DNA of 62,568 nt, the filler included, from Stramenopiles sp. TOSAG23-6 (lineage: Eukaryota), in the NCBI GenBank assembly GCA_900128565.1. It is 4 parts of 4 records of this genome, joined end to end, with 100 filler letters (N's around TTAATTAATTAA, not from the genome) between each part and the next. Parts side by side here need not be neighbours in the genome. Positions count along the whole stretch, not along the records: positions 31,476 to 46,984 come from LT636113.1; 3 more parts are not named here. The stretch is one strand, 5' to 3'. Position 1 is the stretch's first letter; each line of letters opens with the position of its first letter. The notes beneath the pieces are model-generated. The model did no database searches, was not told where the DNA came from, and saw only the letters and a list, made by a program, of their open reading frames with translations. The position numbers were made by a program, and so were the translations under genes. Positions 31,892 through 42,090 of this stretch are shown here, piece by piece.

Positions 31892-34315
31892 ATGAAAGCA
31901 GCAAATCTTCATCACATTTGGATTGTATTAATTTTGCTACATATTTCAGTGCATGTAATCTATGCAAAACAGAATAGCACTGGGACACTCCAAAGACACC
32001 AAAAAATAGCCACTGGTAGACTCCGACGACAGAAAACAGCAACCGTCCTTAAACCAGACACGATTGATCATGATAATTTGAATGATTCAAAAAATGTAAA
32101 ATACAAAGAGAAAAATCAACAGAAGATAACAGAAGCAGTGGATAACGATAACTTTAACAAGAGGAAACGTTCTCGAAGGATACTATAAATAACAGAAACA
32201 AAGAGAACAAAATTGAACTCAAACATATTGTTACATGTGGGAAAATATCAAGTGACAATGTATCACCATCAGACGCAACACATTGGTGTCCCAATAAAGG
32301 TAAAAGTCCATCAACAACTGAATACTACGGCTCGTACAAAAAGAGTCCAGGAAATTATTGTTGGTGTGGGGTTTCGAATAATATTGAAAAAAAAGCATGT
32401 CAAAAACATTTAGACGAAAAATGTAATGGTGTATTCCCTGTACTGGAAAGTATCAACAATATGCAATACGCATCACATATATGTACTATTCACAAGGGAG
32501 CTAAAGATCGTCCGCCAGTGTCAATTTTGACGGGATGCAAAAGAGAGCAAAATCCAAAATATTCAATTAAAGGAGAGTGTCCTTTATTAATTGCACGTTA
32601 TAGCAATAATTCAGGAATTAAAAATGGCATCATAAAGTGGATTAAATCAAAGAACTTGATAGGTGTTACAACAAAGTGTGAAAGAATATTGCAATGTACA
32701 AATGATCTAAATTTTCATCCAATGAAATTTTCTCTAATATGTAACCATCCCAAGCCTTATTTAACTGAATACGATGAATACAAATACTGCAAGTTACATC
32801 AAAATGTACAAAACTGGCCAGGTGTTAAAGGAATAAAGTATATACAACAACATTGCGTAGAACAAACGTCTCTAAATACACCACTTAATAAGCTTAATAC
32901 GACTTTTAATAATAACCCTGGTATCCGAGGTGATGATGATGGAATTTATCACGTACAAAACCAACAAGAACAAGAACAAAACCAACAAGAACAAGAACAA
33001 AAAGATGTACAATTGGTAATGCTTGATGATGAAGGAAATATAATTCCATTCCAAAATACAGATGAAGCAAAACAAAACAAATCGCTCAAAATCACTAAAA
33101 ATGATGGAGATGGTGTATTAGACAAAACAACAGATATTCTCAAATCAGAAAAAAATGAAGCAGCAGTATACATGGGAGGCATAACTACACAAACGACATC
33201 CAATAAAAAAGACCCACCAACAGCTGTAGTTTCAGTAGTAAATGTACCACCAGCTGTTGATATTATATCTCCTGGATTAAAAAAACAAAATACGTCTACA
33301 GTAGATGAAGTAGATGAAGGGGAATCAGCCTTTGAAGTTGTAGAAGTAGCCCCGCCGTTGGAAAACGATGCACCGGTTGAAGTGATTGCTAGAATTCCAG
33401 AGGCAACAGAAAGCCAAAACAAGCAAATACCAGCAGTAAAGGTGATTGCATTGCCAAAAGTATTAGAGAAAGGTGAAAAAGTGATAACAAAAGAACCGAC
33501 AATTGCCAAAAGTATTAGAGAAAGGTGAAAAAGTGATAACAAAAGAACCGACAATTCAATCATCCGAAACTATTGCCGATGAATTGGAAATTAGTGTTGG
33601 TAGTAAGAAAGATCAAAATAATGAAGCGGTGTCCGAGAAATCTCAAGAAATGGTATTATTACCACCGAAACATATCGCAAAACCACAATTTCTCTTAAAA
33701 TGTGGAATGGTTACCTTATCTAATTTATCACCTGTTAGCGCCTCACATTGGTGTAATGACGAATCAAAGATTCCTTCTCCAGATCAATTTGAAGGTGAAT
33801 ATTTTGTGGAAAGAGGTAACTATTGTTGGTGTGATGACTACGGAGGTGGGATCGAGGAAATGGCATGTAAGAAACATTTAAAAGAACGTTGTACTACCCC
33901 ATTTCCTGTACTGGAGAATATCGACACAATGAAGTATGCATCGCATGTATGTACTGTTGATACTGATGGCACTTCAGTATTAATTGGGTGTAAATTTGAT
34001 AAGAACAACGGATCTTCTTCTCGTGGCGAATGTCCAATGTTAAAGCAGTCAAATGATACCAATGATGGTACTGACAGGACAATAAAAAAGTTGTGGTCTT
34101 TATCAGCTGATACAATTGAAAATTCGACTAATTGTAAAAGAATACTTATTTGTGTGAATAAACCAGATAACCCTACAGACTTTCCTCTAGAATGTCTTCA
34201 CCAAGAAAAATATATCCCAGGCGACACAAATACATATGGTTGGTGTCGACTATTTGACCTAAAAGGGGCTCAACGATTACCTTTGTATGTGAGTAAAAAT
34301 TGCAGAATAAGATAA
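31892..34315 (+). CDS. Putative secreted protein with two copies of a Cys-rich domain; two frameshifts as assembled (near 32160 and 33500)
   Basis: Signal-peptide-like N-terminus. HWC..GNYCWC..ACxKHLxExC..FPVLE.I..MxYASHxCT..S.L.GCK..GECP.L..CxRIL.C occurs twice. Confidence 0.6.
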
Positions 34316-34647
34316 TTATCATGGTTAGCTAGTTAGAAATATGTATGACAGAATGAGATTAATTTTAGATTAATTTTATGAGTAAGAAATATGTATGACA
34401 GAATGAGATTAATTATCCCTTTTTTTCGACATGACATGTTTTTTTAAGGAAGAAATATCGTGAAATATAAATTTATTATTCACCCTAAAAAGAAGTTTAT
34501 TATTTAGGGGTAATACTAATAATGTATTTTTTTTAAATCAAGGGTAGGGTTAGGGTTATGAAGTTGATCGACACGACGGTCAACTTTTTTTCGCTGTCTT
34601 GCTTGCCTGCCCACCAGAAAATTTAATAAGAGTTGAATATAAAGGTA

Positions 34648-35454
34648 ATGTCATCGACAGACTTTGATGACGAGGCTCGAAAACTCATCGCAGAGTTAAG
34701 TAAAAGTAATAGCACAGACTCTTTTAGCCCACTTGACGCTATATGGCAAAATAAAGACACTGGTGCAAAGGTTTTCATCGGAAATATAGAGGCAGCACGA
34801 AACAAAGACATTCTGAAGGAAAATAATGTTAGTTGTGTTGTCAATTGCCAGGACCTTTCCTCACCAAATTTTCATGAGGATGACCCTAGTATTACATACT
34901 TCCGATTCCCAGTAGCTCACTGGTATAAAGCAAATTTAGATACTCCTGGTTCTACTGTAGCTTTTTTTGAACCAGTATTTCGTTTTATTGATTCTAAAAT
35001 TGCAGAAGGCCGGGGTATGTTATCCTACCAATCAAACTTGTCACTTAATATATATTTATTCATTTTTGAAACTGGGTGATTAATTTTCATTTTAATTATT
35101 ATATACCACTACATTAAATGTGTTCTTATCCACTGTTTGGCTGGTGCTCATCGCGCAGGAACTACTGGTGTCTCTTATTTGATGTGTAAGTCAAACGTCA
35201 AAAATTCAAAAATGTTTCCTTAAACAATATTTTTCACTTAATTATTTTATCTTACCCACGTCAACCTTATAGTAGTCTAATTGAACATACAATCTTTATA
35301 TCTACACATTATAGATAAAGCTAACTTAGATAGACTGTCTGCTACGATGCTTGCTAAGAGTTGTCGTTCTATTGTTAACCCTATTATGAGTCTAATTACC
35401 CTTCTTGAAAAACTAGAAGATGACCAAAAATTCCAGAAAACTATAAAAGTATAA
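34648..35454 (+). CDS. Dual-specificity protein phosphatase; exons 34648-35014, 35120-35185, 35315-35454
   Basis: VFIGNIEAA, VVNC; spliced AEGRG-VLIHCLAGAHRAGTT (CX5R motif); AKSCRSIVNP. Confidence 0.88.
35015..35119 (+). other. GT-AT intron unrelated to the repeat family
   Basis: GTATGT...CATTAAAT; contains an in-frame stop and no AG occurs before the catalytic motif. Confidence 0.72.
35186..35314 (+). other. Canonical GT-AG intron
   Basis: GTAAGT...CTAAT...TATAG; joins YLMY-KANLD in frame. Confidence 0.85.
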
Positions 35455-35458
35455 TCTT

Positions 35459-36028
35459 CTATTTATGTGATCTTGTTGGTATCGAATGACGATTCCTTGA
35501 AATAGCATCTGAATATTTCGTACATAAATCTGTTTTTTTGTATTTTGCATTGTTGGGATTTAAGTAATGTTTTTTTTTATGTTGACCAAGTTCTTCGCCA
35601 TAAGAAGTCTTCCACTGCCTTTTTGCATACATTTCAGAGTCTGATAATTTCTTTGATGATTTCCTGCTACACTTTAAAGTTTTTTTTCTAGAAATTTTTA
35701 ATTCAGTTTGATACAAAGCATCTCGCAACTTGGCTTGCTCCATTAGTAAGTGGCTACGTCTTTCCTCTTCTAATCTACATTTATTTTGGTATTGTGACAG
35801 ACCTTTTTTACATTTCTCTTCCAAGTTCAATTGTTTCTGTTTCTTTAATGCTAGTGTAGTAATGTGCTTATTCTTCTCCGTCAATTGTTGTTTCAATGTA
35901 ATGTCTGTGGTAGAAGCGGAATGTAACTCTGGTGCACAAAGAGTTCTCTGTCGAGCCCCTCGGACTGTTCTTCCCTTTGTTGGATCATAATCCGGGCCAA
36001 TAAGGTCCAAAGTAGAAGCTAAATTCAT
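35459..36028 (-). CDS. Basic coiled-coil protein of unknown function
   Basis: About 190-codon ORF with a heptad-like K/Q/E stretch. Confidence 0.5.
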   Translation of the reverse strand: MNLASTLDLIGPDYDPTKGRTVRGARQRTLCAPELHSASTTDITLKQQLTEKNKHITTLALKKQKQLNLEEKCKKGLSQYQNKCRLEEERRSHLLMEQAKLRDALYQTELKISRKKTLKCSRKSSKKLSDSEMYAKRQWKTSYGEELGQHKKKHYLNPNNAKYKKTDLCTKYSDAISRNRHSIPTRSHK

Positions 36029-36512
36029 ATTATTCACTTTAACGACGAAATAATGGTGATGCTGAGACGATATTCTAAAATCATAAAATCGTAGTCTTGG
36101 ATACTAACTACTAGTGGATACTAACTACTGGTTTAAATCCCTAATTAATACGTAGGTAGTGGGTTTGGGCGTTTTGGGTACCCTTTTTGTATTTTAATAC
36201 TAGTAATTGGAGCTAGAACGGTACCTTATATATTAATATATAAAATAACGGCCGGCACGTTAACCGTTCCTTTCTTCAAAATTGCAACTGTAGTAACTGT
36301 ACTACTACAGTAGTAGTCCTGTGCTACTAACCGTAGCTTTATAGTTGATATTCTACTACGGAGTCGGTAGAATTGTTTCCTGTGTAAAGGCAAAGCATTG
36401 AGATTTATCTGCAGGAAAATACAGATTACTGAAGCCATTAGTTTCTACTGAATTTGATAGTTTTTGCGATAAGCGCTCGAACTTGAAAATTGAGTCTTCT
36501 GGAGGTGGTAGA

Positions 36513-37684
36513 ATGTCCAATATGGCAGATCCCAGTCGTCCATCACTAGCAACAAGTGGAGGTTTAACTCAGAGGGATATACAATGGCAAAAGAAGCGCG
36601 ACGAATTTAGACAGCGCCGTGGAAGAAGAGGACCTAGTTTGGGGTCTACAATTATCGGAGGAGGAATTTCAAACGCCTCAAATTTTAATAGATCAAAACA
36701 AATTTTAAGTCCACGTCAGCCAATTAGTTATCAACAACCAAGACAACAATATCAGCAACCAACACAACAATATCAACAACCAACACAGCAATATCAACAA
36801 CCAACACAACAATATCAACAACCAACACAACAATATCAACAACCAATACAACAATATCAACAACCAATACAACAATATCAACAACCAACACAGCAATATC
36901 AACAACCAACACAACAATATCAAAGCAATATCAAAAACCAACACAACAATATCAACAACCAATACAACAATACCAACAACCAACACAACAATATCAACAA
37001 CCAATACAACAATATCAACAACCCACACAACAATATCAACAACCACCTCGGATTTCAATCCCACGGCAACAATATATACCAGCTAATGTCAGCAGTAACA
37101 CCACTCAGTCACAAGCATTGTCGCCCCTTGCAAAACTTTTAGCAGAGAATAAAAATATAAACTCAAGTCGTAATCTACCACAACCGTTACCACCACCTCA
37201 GACAGGACCCCTCTTACCAAAGCAACAGAGTAATTTCCAACCATCACAGAGAACAGTAACAAGAACAAGTTTACATCAACATCAGCAAAGGTTACTATCA
37301 ATGGAACAAGTTAGTAAAAATAGCCCAAGACAATATCAAATGGAATCTAAACATTCTATGATACCTAATGCTAGTTTTCAGCAAAACACACAAATAAATA
37401 CTGGTTCTAAGGGAACATACAGTAGTCATAGTTTTACACATACATCTCAACCTTCTGGTGGTCATAGTACTTTTAATTATGGTATGGGTGGAATAGGAAA
37501 CAGAAGAACTGCAGTGAAGATAACTAAGCCATCTGGTGGACGTAGCTCGGTGCAAATAAGTGGAGGCTATGGAAATAGACAAGTAGGGGCTGGTGTCGGG
37601 CAAATAACAGGTGCAATGACTTCAAGAAGTGGTGTGCGACTTTTAGCTCCACCTGGTGGGAAAAGTAGTTTTTCCTTATATTAG
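36513..37684 (+). CDS. Gln-rich repeat protein with C-terminal PxGG motifs (Jupiter/SPIRAL1-like); frameshift near 36924
   Basis: QQYQQPT repeats resume in the frame of ORF 37118-37684; motifs QPSGGHS, KPSGGRSS, RLLAPPGGKSSF. Confidence 0.6.
36728..37045 (+). repeat. 21-nt coding tandem repeat (CAACAATATCAACAACCAACA)n
   Basis: Directly visible, roughly 14 units. Confidence 0.9.
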
Positions 37685-37922
37685 CCTATTTAGGAAGGAT
37701 ACGAAGCTTACAAAAATAATGTTTTAAATTATATTGTCAAAAGATTAAATTTTCGCTACTAGTTTTTGTTCTACAACTTTTTAATTTCATTTTTGTTCTA
37801 CAACTTTTTAATTTTATTTTTGTTCTACAACTTTTTAATTTTATTTTTGTAATGCAAATATTTTCTTTAGTTTTCATAGTGTTTTTATTTAATGTTGATA
37901 GAGACAAGCTATTAATATACTT

Positions 37923-39179
37923 CTACAAAAATCGCAAAATGTGTGAAGCAGCTGGATGTCCAGGGTGAATTTTCAAAGCAGCTTTTGCCTCGTCTTTTGC
38001 TTCTTCATGCTTGCCCATTTCAGCCAAAATCCCAGCAATCTGGCCGTAAGTATCTGGATCTCTAGGATCTAGTTTTTTTGATTTTTTTAAAGCTTTTAGA
38101 GCTTCCTTATACTCTAATATATCACTAGGCAACTTACCCTGCATTTGACCTATAGCATATGCTTTAGATGCAAGGCTTCTATATGTACAACCAAGGTTAT
38201 AATATGCAATAGCAGATCTTGGATTGTGTTTAATGAATTTAAGACGAATTTCGAGTGTTTTAGGATGACAAGCTCCATAATATCTTGAAGTAGCTTGACC
38301 GCAATTACCTAGAGGACCTTCCAGTTCAGCGGAAGGACGATGTGAAAAATTGTCAAGACAGAAATTATATTGATCAATAGCTTCCTTTAACTGACCATCG
38401 TCTTTGAGTGAATTACCATAGTTTGTGTATACCATAAGTCGTGATGCATCATCGGCAAGACTTTTATCGGACTTGTTAGCATTCAGAATATCAACTGCTT
38501 TTTTAATCTCAACCAAGCCTTGTGAGTTGTCACCTATAGCTCGCAAAGACGTACATAAATTATTTCGTGCCATAATAAAGTTAGGATTCTTTCGTATTGC
38601 TAACCGATACATATCAATGGCTTTGGATCTGTTTCGTCTATTTCCAAATGAAACCCCAGCATGGTATGCATCCATTGAAGAAACTTTATCAGGGTCTTTG
38701 AAACCTGCTTCCTTCAAAGTTTTCCTGTAAAGTTTACACATGCGTTTATGATTCTTCCAATCTGCCACCTGACATTCTCTATTACAGTATACCGCAAGTT
38801 TACAACCAGAACACATTGACCGCTTCACATCTGTCCTACGAGCACCACAGAAATCACAAGGAGAACCCTGACCGGTACTACCATGTGTAGTTTGGAAGCC
38901 TGCACTATCGTATTTCTTCCGGCTATTTTTCTTTTGTGGTGGACACTCTACTTTTTTAATTAATCGAAGATTACAAGGCCTAAATGATTTTGTCCAAGTT
39001 GGCTGTGTACCAGATTTCTCACTTTCAACAACAAATCGTTCTTGTGAATAAGACTTTATCATACCTTTCTCGCCATTTAACTCTGGCCGTGAAGTATTCA
39101 CAATTCTAACCCTTGAACCAATATCCTTTATCGATGGTTCATCGTCCGCATCTATTGCAAATGTTATTGTTGGGGGCAT
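37923..39179 (-). CDS. MYND zinc finger plus TPR repeat protein
   Basis: CDFC...CSGCKLAVYCNRECQVADWKNHKRMC; TPR motifs such as AYYNLG and ALKIHPGH. Confidence 0.88.
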   Translation of the reverse strand: MPPTITFAIDADDEPSIKDIGSRVRIVNTSRPELNGEKGMIKSYSQERFVVESEKSGTQPTWTKSFRPCNLRLIKKVECPPQKKNSRKKYDSAGFQTTHGSTGQGSPCDFCGARRTDVKRSMCSGCKLAVYCNRECQVADWKNHKRMCKLYRKTLKEAGFKDPDKVSSMDAYHAGVSFGNRRNRSKAIDMYRLAIRKNPNFIMARNNLCTSLRAIGDNSQGLVEIKKAVDILNANKSDKSLADDASRLMVYTNYGNSLKDDGQLKEAIDQYNFCLDNFSHRPSAELEGPLGNCGQATSRYYGACHPKTLEIRLKFIKHNPRSAIAYYNLGCTYRSLASKAYAIGQMQGKLPSDILEYKEALKALKKSKKLDPRDPDTYGQIAGILAEMGKHEEAKDEAKAALKIHPGHPAASHILRFL

Positions 39180-39432
39180 TATTGTATTCTCTTTAATTTA
39201 GGATATGAGTATGACCATTCATAAAGCCAGTGCCGAATGTAAAAAAACCCTAACCCTAATTTAAATTTCGAAAAATTCGAAAAACTCCTCGAAAAGTTCG
39301 AATGGCACACACCACCACATGTATTAAATTTCCCCGTTTTGGAAGTTTTCAGAGTAATTCAACGAATGGTTTAAGTCGTAGAGTGAGCAATGTTCTTCAT
39401 GAAAAGCTGAGATTATAGACTGCATTTAAATC

Positions 39433-40421
39433 ATGGCATTTATAGTGAAAAGCCGTGCATTGCAAGGGGGCGATGAAGGACCTCTTCCAGAAGGTTGGTT
39501 CGAAGCTAAGGATCCGCATGGAAAAAAATATTACTATACTGCTGAAGGAAAAACGCAGTGGGAGCGTCCAAAACCTCCCAAGGTGAAAAAATTTCACAAT
39601 GTGACATTTATAGCGGATGCTATACAAAGTAATGGAATAATAGATGCTGAAAAGGAAATAAAAGATATGCTTTTAGCAGAAGTCGAGACTATGCCAATGG
39701 GTAAGTATTCTAGCTTGTTAAAAGCACAAGAGAGGTTATCCAGACGCACCGATATCCAACCTCTAGATATACGATTTGTACATCGGTTGCGCCCAAGGCG
39801 TGTTGAGCCAGCGCGCATTGAAGCTCGTGTGAAAAATTTCTACACAGGTCTTCAAGAGATTATTAATAAATATGACCCTAACCCTAACAAATATGATCCA
39901 AGTGTTATAGAAAGTGTCAACAAACAAAAGGAACATAGTTTTAGTGAAATCCCTGCAAAGCGTCGTCGTTTTAACGAAAAACAATATACACCCATTGAAG
40001 AAGGACGCGCAGATATTACTAAAAAGATTAGCAATGATAATATTGGTTTTCGTATGCTGAAAACCATGTACGTTTTCATAATGATTTTCAAATGTATTTT
40101 TTTTCATAATGATCTAAAAATGTATTTTTTTTCATAGGACATTTTTCGTACGTAAGAATTTTTCTTTGACCCATTCTGAATGTAGCATTGTTTTCGCAAT
40201 ACATGGGTTGGCAAGGTTACAACGGACGTGGTCCTGCAGGTGAAAAAAGCGAATTAGTGGAACCCATAAATGTTCATAGCACTGGCAAAAGTGCAGGAGT
40301 CACAAGTGGCCTTGTTGCTGGTGAATCGAACGACATATACGCGGCTTTTCGAAAACAAGGATACAAACGCCATGGATGGAAAGATAAGAGTCGTAATAGA
40401 TCATCCCATACACATGCTTGA
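39433..40421 (+). CDS. WW-domain plus G-patch protein; exons 39433-40067, 40205-40421
   Basis: LPEGWFEAKDPHGKKYYY..TQWERP; spliced G-patch NIGFRMLKTM-GWQG. Confidence 0.85.
40068..40204 (+). other. GT-AT intron (divergent family member)
   Basis: GTACGTTTT...TTCGTACG...CGCAATACAT; removal restores the G-patch MLKTMGW. Confidence 0.88.
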
Positions 40422-40493
40422 GTGTAAGACTCAAAACAAGTCAATAAAAATAAATCTAGCTTTCAATCAAATTATGTATGATTTGTTTTTATT

Positions 40494-41798
40494 CTATGGA
40501 CACAACCGTTCAACAAGTCCTGCGCCATGCTCGGCATATTCGGCCTTTGACATCCAAAGAGTATGAAATGAACCTAGTGATGCTAATATTGATCCTCCAA
40601 GCCATGCACTAATACGTCGCTCAGAATTTCCTGGGGCTATAACTTTTGCTCTTAAAGTTTGTGGTGCAAGTAGAGATACTTCTCTCATCAGTCGATCTTG
40701 AAAACCACTATATGTCGAATTACCCCCAGCTAGAATAATGCTACTTAATAAATCTCTACGCAATTCAAAACCTGCCTTTTCTATAGCCGCATGTACCATT
40801 GTTTGCATTGGGATAATATTAGTTTGATTCAAAGGAGAAACATCAAACATTAATTCTGGAACTGTAAACCTCTCGACGCCAAGAAATATATCAGTGCCAT
40901 CAGGTAACGTGTAAGGTACAGTAGGAATATTTAGGTTTGCTTTCACATCAAAAGTGACATCTGAAACACGACATGTTGTTTCCCGTATATCGCGAGCAAT
41001 GTCGCGTCTCATAAACTCTTCATAGCTCTCATGAGTCTTAGGATATGCTTCATATATTTTTTTAGAGGAACCATCGGCCAATGTTTTATGAGAAAAATGA
41101 TATCGAGGTCGTAATTTATGAGTTTTTGTTAAAGCTCCAACTTTACTTCCTTTATCGGAGACAAGTTTTGCAACTGCGCCAGCCATTACGTCATCGAGAA
41201 AATTACCACCCAGTGAACATTTAACTATGCAATTTTGTAAGGCATACCCATCTTGTACTGGTACAGCTTTTGTATGACCATGACCACAATCAAGAACTAA
41301 TCCTGTTCCTCTAGCATTTGCATAACAATTTAGAACGGCATCTTTTGCTAAAAATAAAGCAGGTACTTGTTTTTCCTCAAATAAAATCTCACAGTATTTT
41401 TCGCGCGTTGATCTGTGATTATCACTTGGCTCTACAAGCAACACTGGGTGTTCCTCAAACTTTTCCTGAAGACAGTCATTCAGTCCATGAGACCATAACC
41501 TTTGGACATGATCCCAATTTGAAATAAAACCATCTTCGTTAAAAGGAGACTGCAACTCGACATTATCACGGCGGATATTAATATCCGTATTTCCTACGTA
41601 AATACTACCTGTACCAGAAGAAGTCGCTTTTGATGGAGTGTCAACATCCATGGAATTTTCGGAAGCTGTTCCATGGTTTACACCAATAACTGACGAATAA
41701 ACTGCCTGTGGATGGTCTTGTCCAGCATAACCTACACGAGTGGAACTAGAACCAACATCAATAACAACGGCATTAACATCGAACTGTGTTGAATACAT
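40494..41798 (-). CDS. ARP4: Actin-related protein 4 (ACTL6/BAF53-like)
   Basis: AVVIDVGSSSTRVGYAGQDHP, PALFLAKDAVL, ERRISAWLGGSILASLGSFHTLWMSKAEYAEHG...ERLCP. Confidence 0.9.
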   Translation of the reverse strand: MYSTQFDVNAVVIDVGSSSTRVGYAGQDHPQAVYSSVIGVNHGTASENSMDVDTPSKATSSGTGSIYVGNTDINIRRDNVELQSPFNEDGFISNWDHVQRLWSHGLNDCLQEKFEEHPVLLVEPSDNHRSTREKYCEILFEEKQVPALFLAKDAVLNCYANARGTGLVLDCGHGHTKAVPVQDGYALQNCIVKCSLGGNFLDDVMAGAVAKLVSDKGSKVGALTKTHKLRPRYHFSHKTLADGSSKKIYEAYPKTHESYEEFMRRDIARDIRETTCRVSDVTFDVKANLNIPTVPYTLPDGTDIFLGVERFTVPELMFDVSPLNQTNIIPMQTMVHAAIEKAGFELRRDLLSSIILAGGNSTYSGFQDRLMREVSLLAPQTLRAKVIAPGNSERRISAWLGGSILASLGSFHTLWMSKAEYAEHGAGLVERLCP

Positions 41799-42090
41799 AC
41801 AAAAGAAGATGAATCCGAAGAAGCTTTACTGGGTAAATATGCTTTTTAATAGTAATTAGAACTGGTACGTATATTGGAATTGGATTCTCTCTCACGTGTG
41901 TGTCATAAACAGCGCATCAAATCAATGCCACGTGTCATTTTGACTCGACGCGATTCGTCTTCAAAACTCAAAATGGCTTCTCGCTTCCTCTTCGACTTAA
42001 AAATTACATAGTAATAATTTTTCAACTCTCGTGTGTTATATTGTGGTTATTGTTTGTACCACGAGCTGAAGTTTATCACTCTTTGTGAGC

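Noticed and set aside
32150-32190. Possible intron at the first frameshift of the Cys-rich gene
   Set aside because: No donor or acceptor pattern; a single missing base in an A-run explains it.
36705-37064. Hydrophobic antisense ORFs (VVDIVVL and LLILLCW repeats)
   Set aside because: Shadow frames of the Gln-rich repeat on the plus strand.
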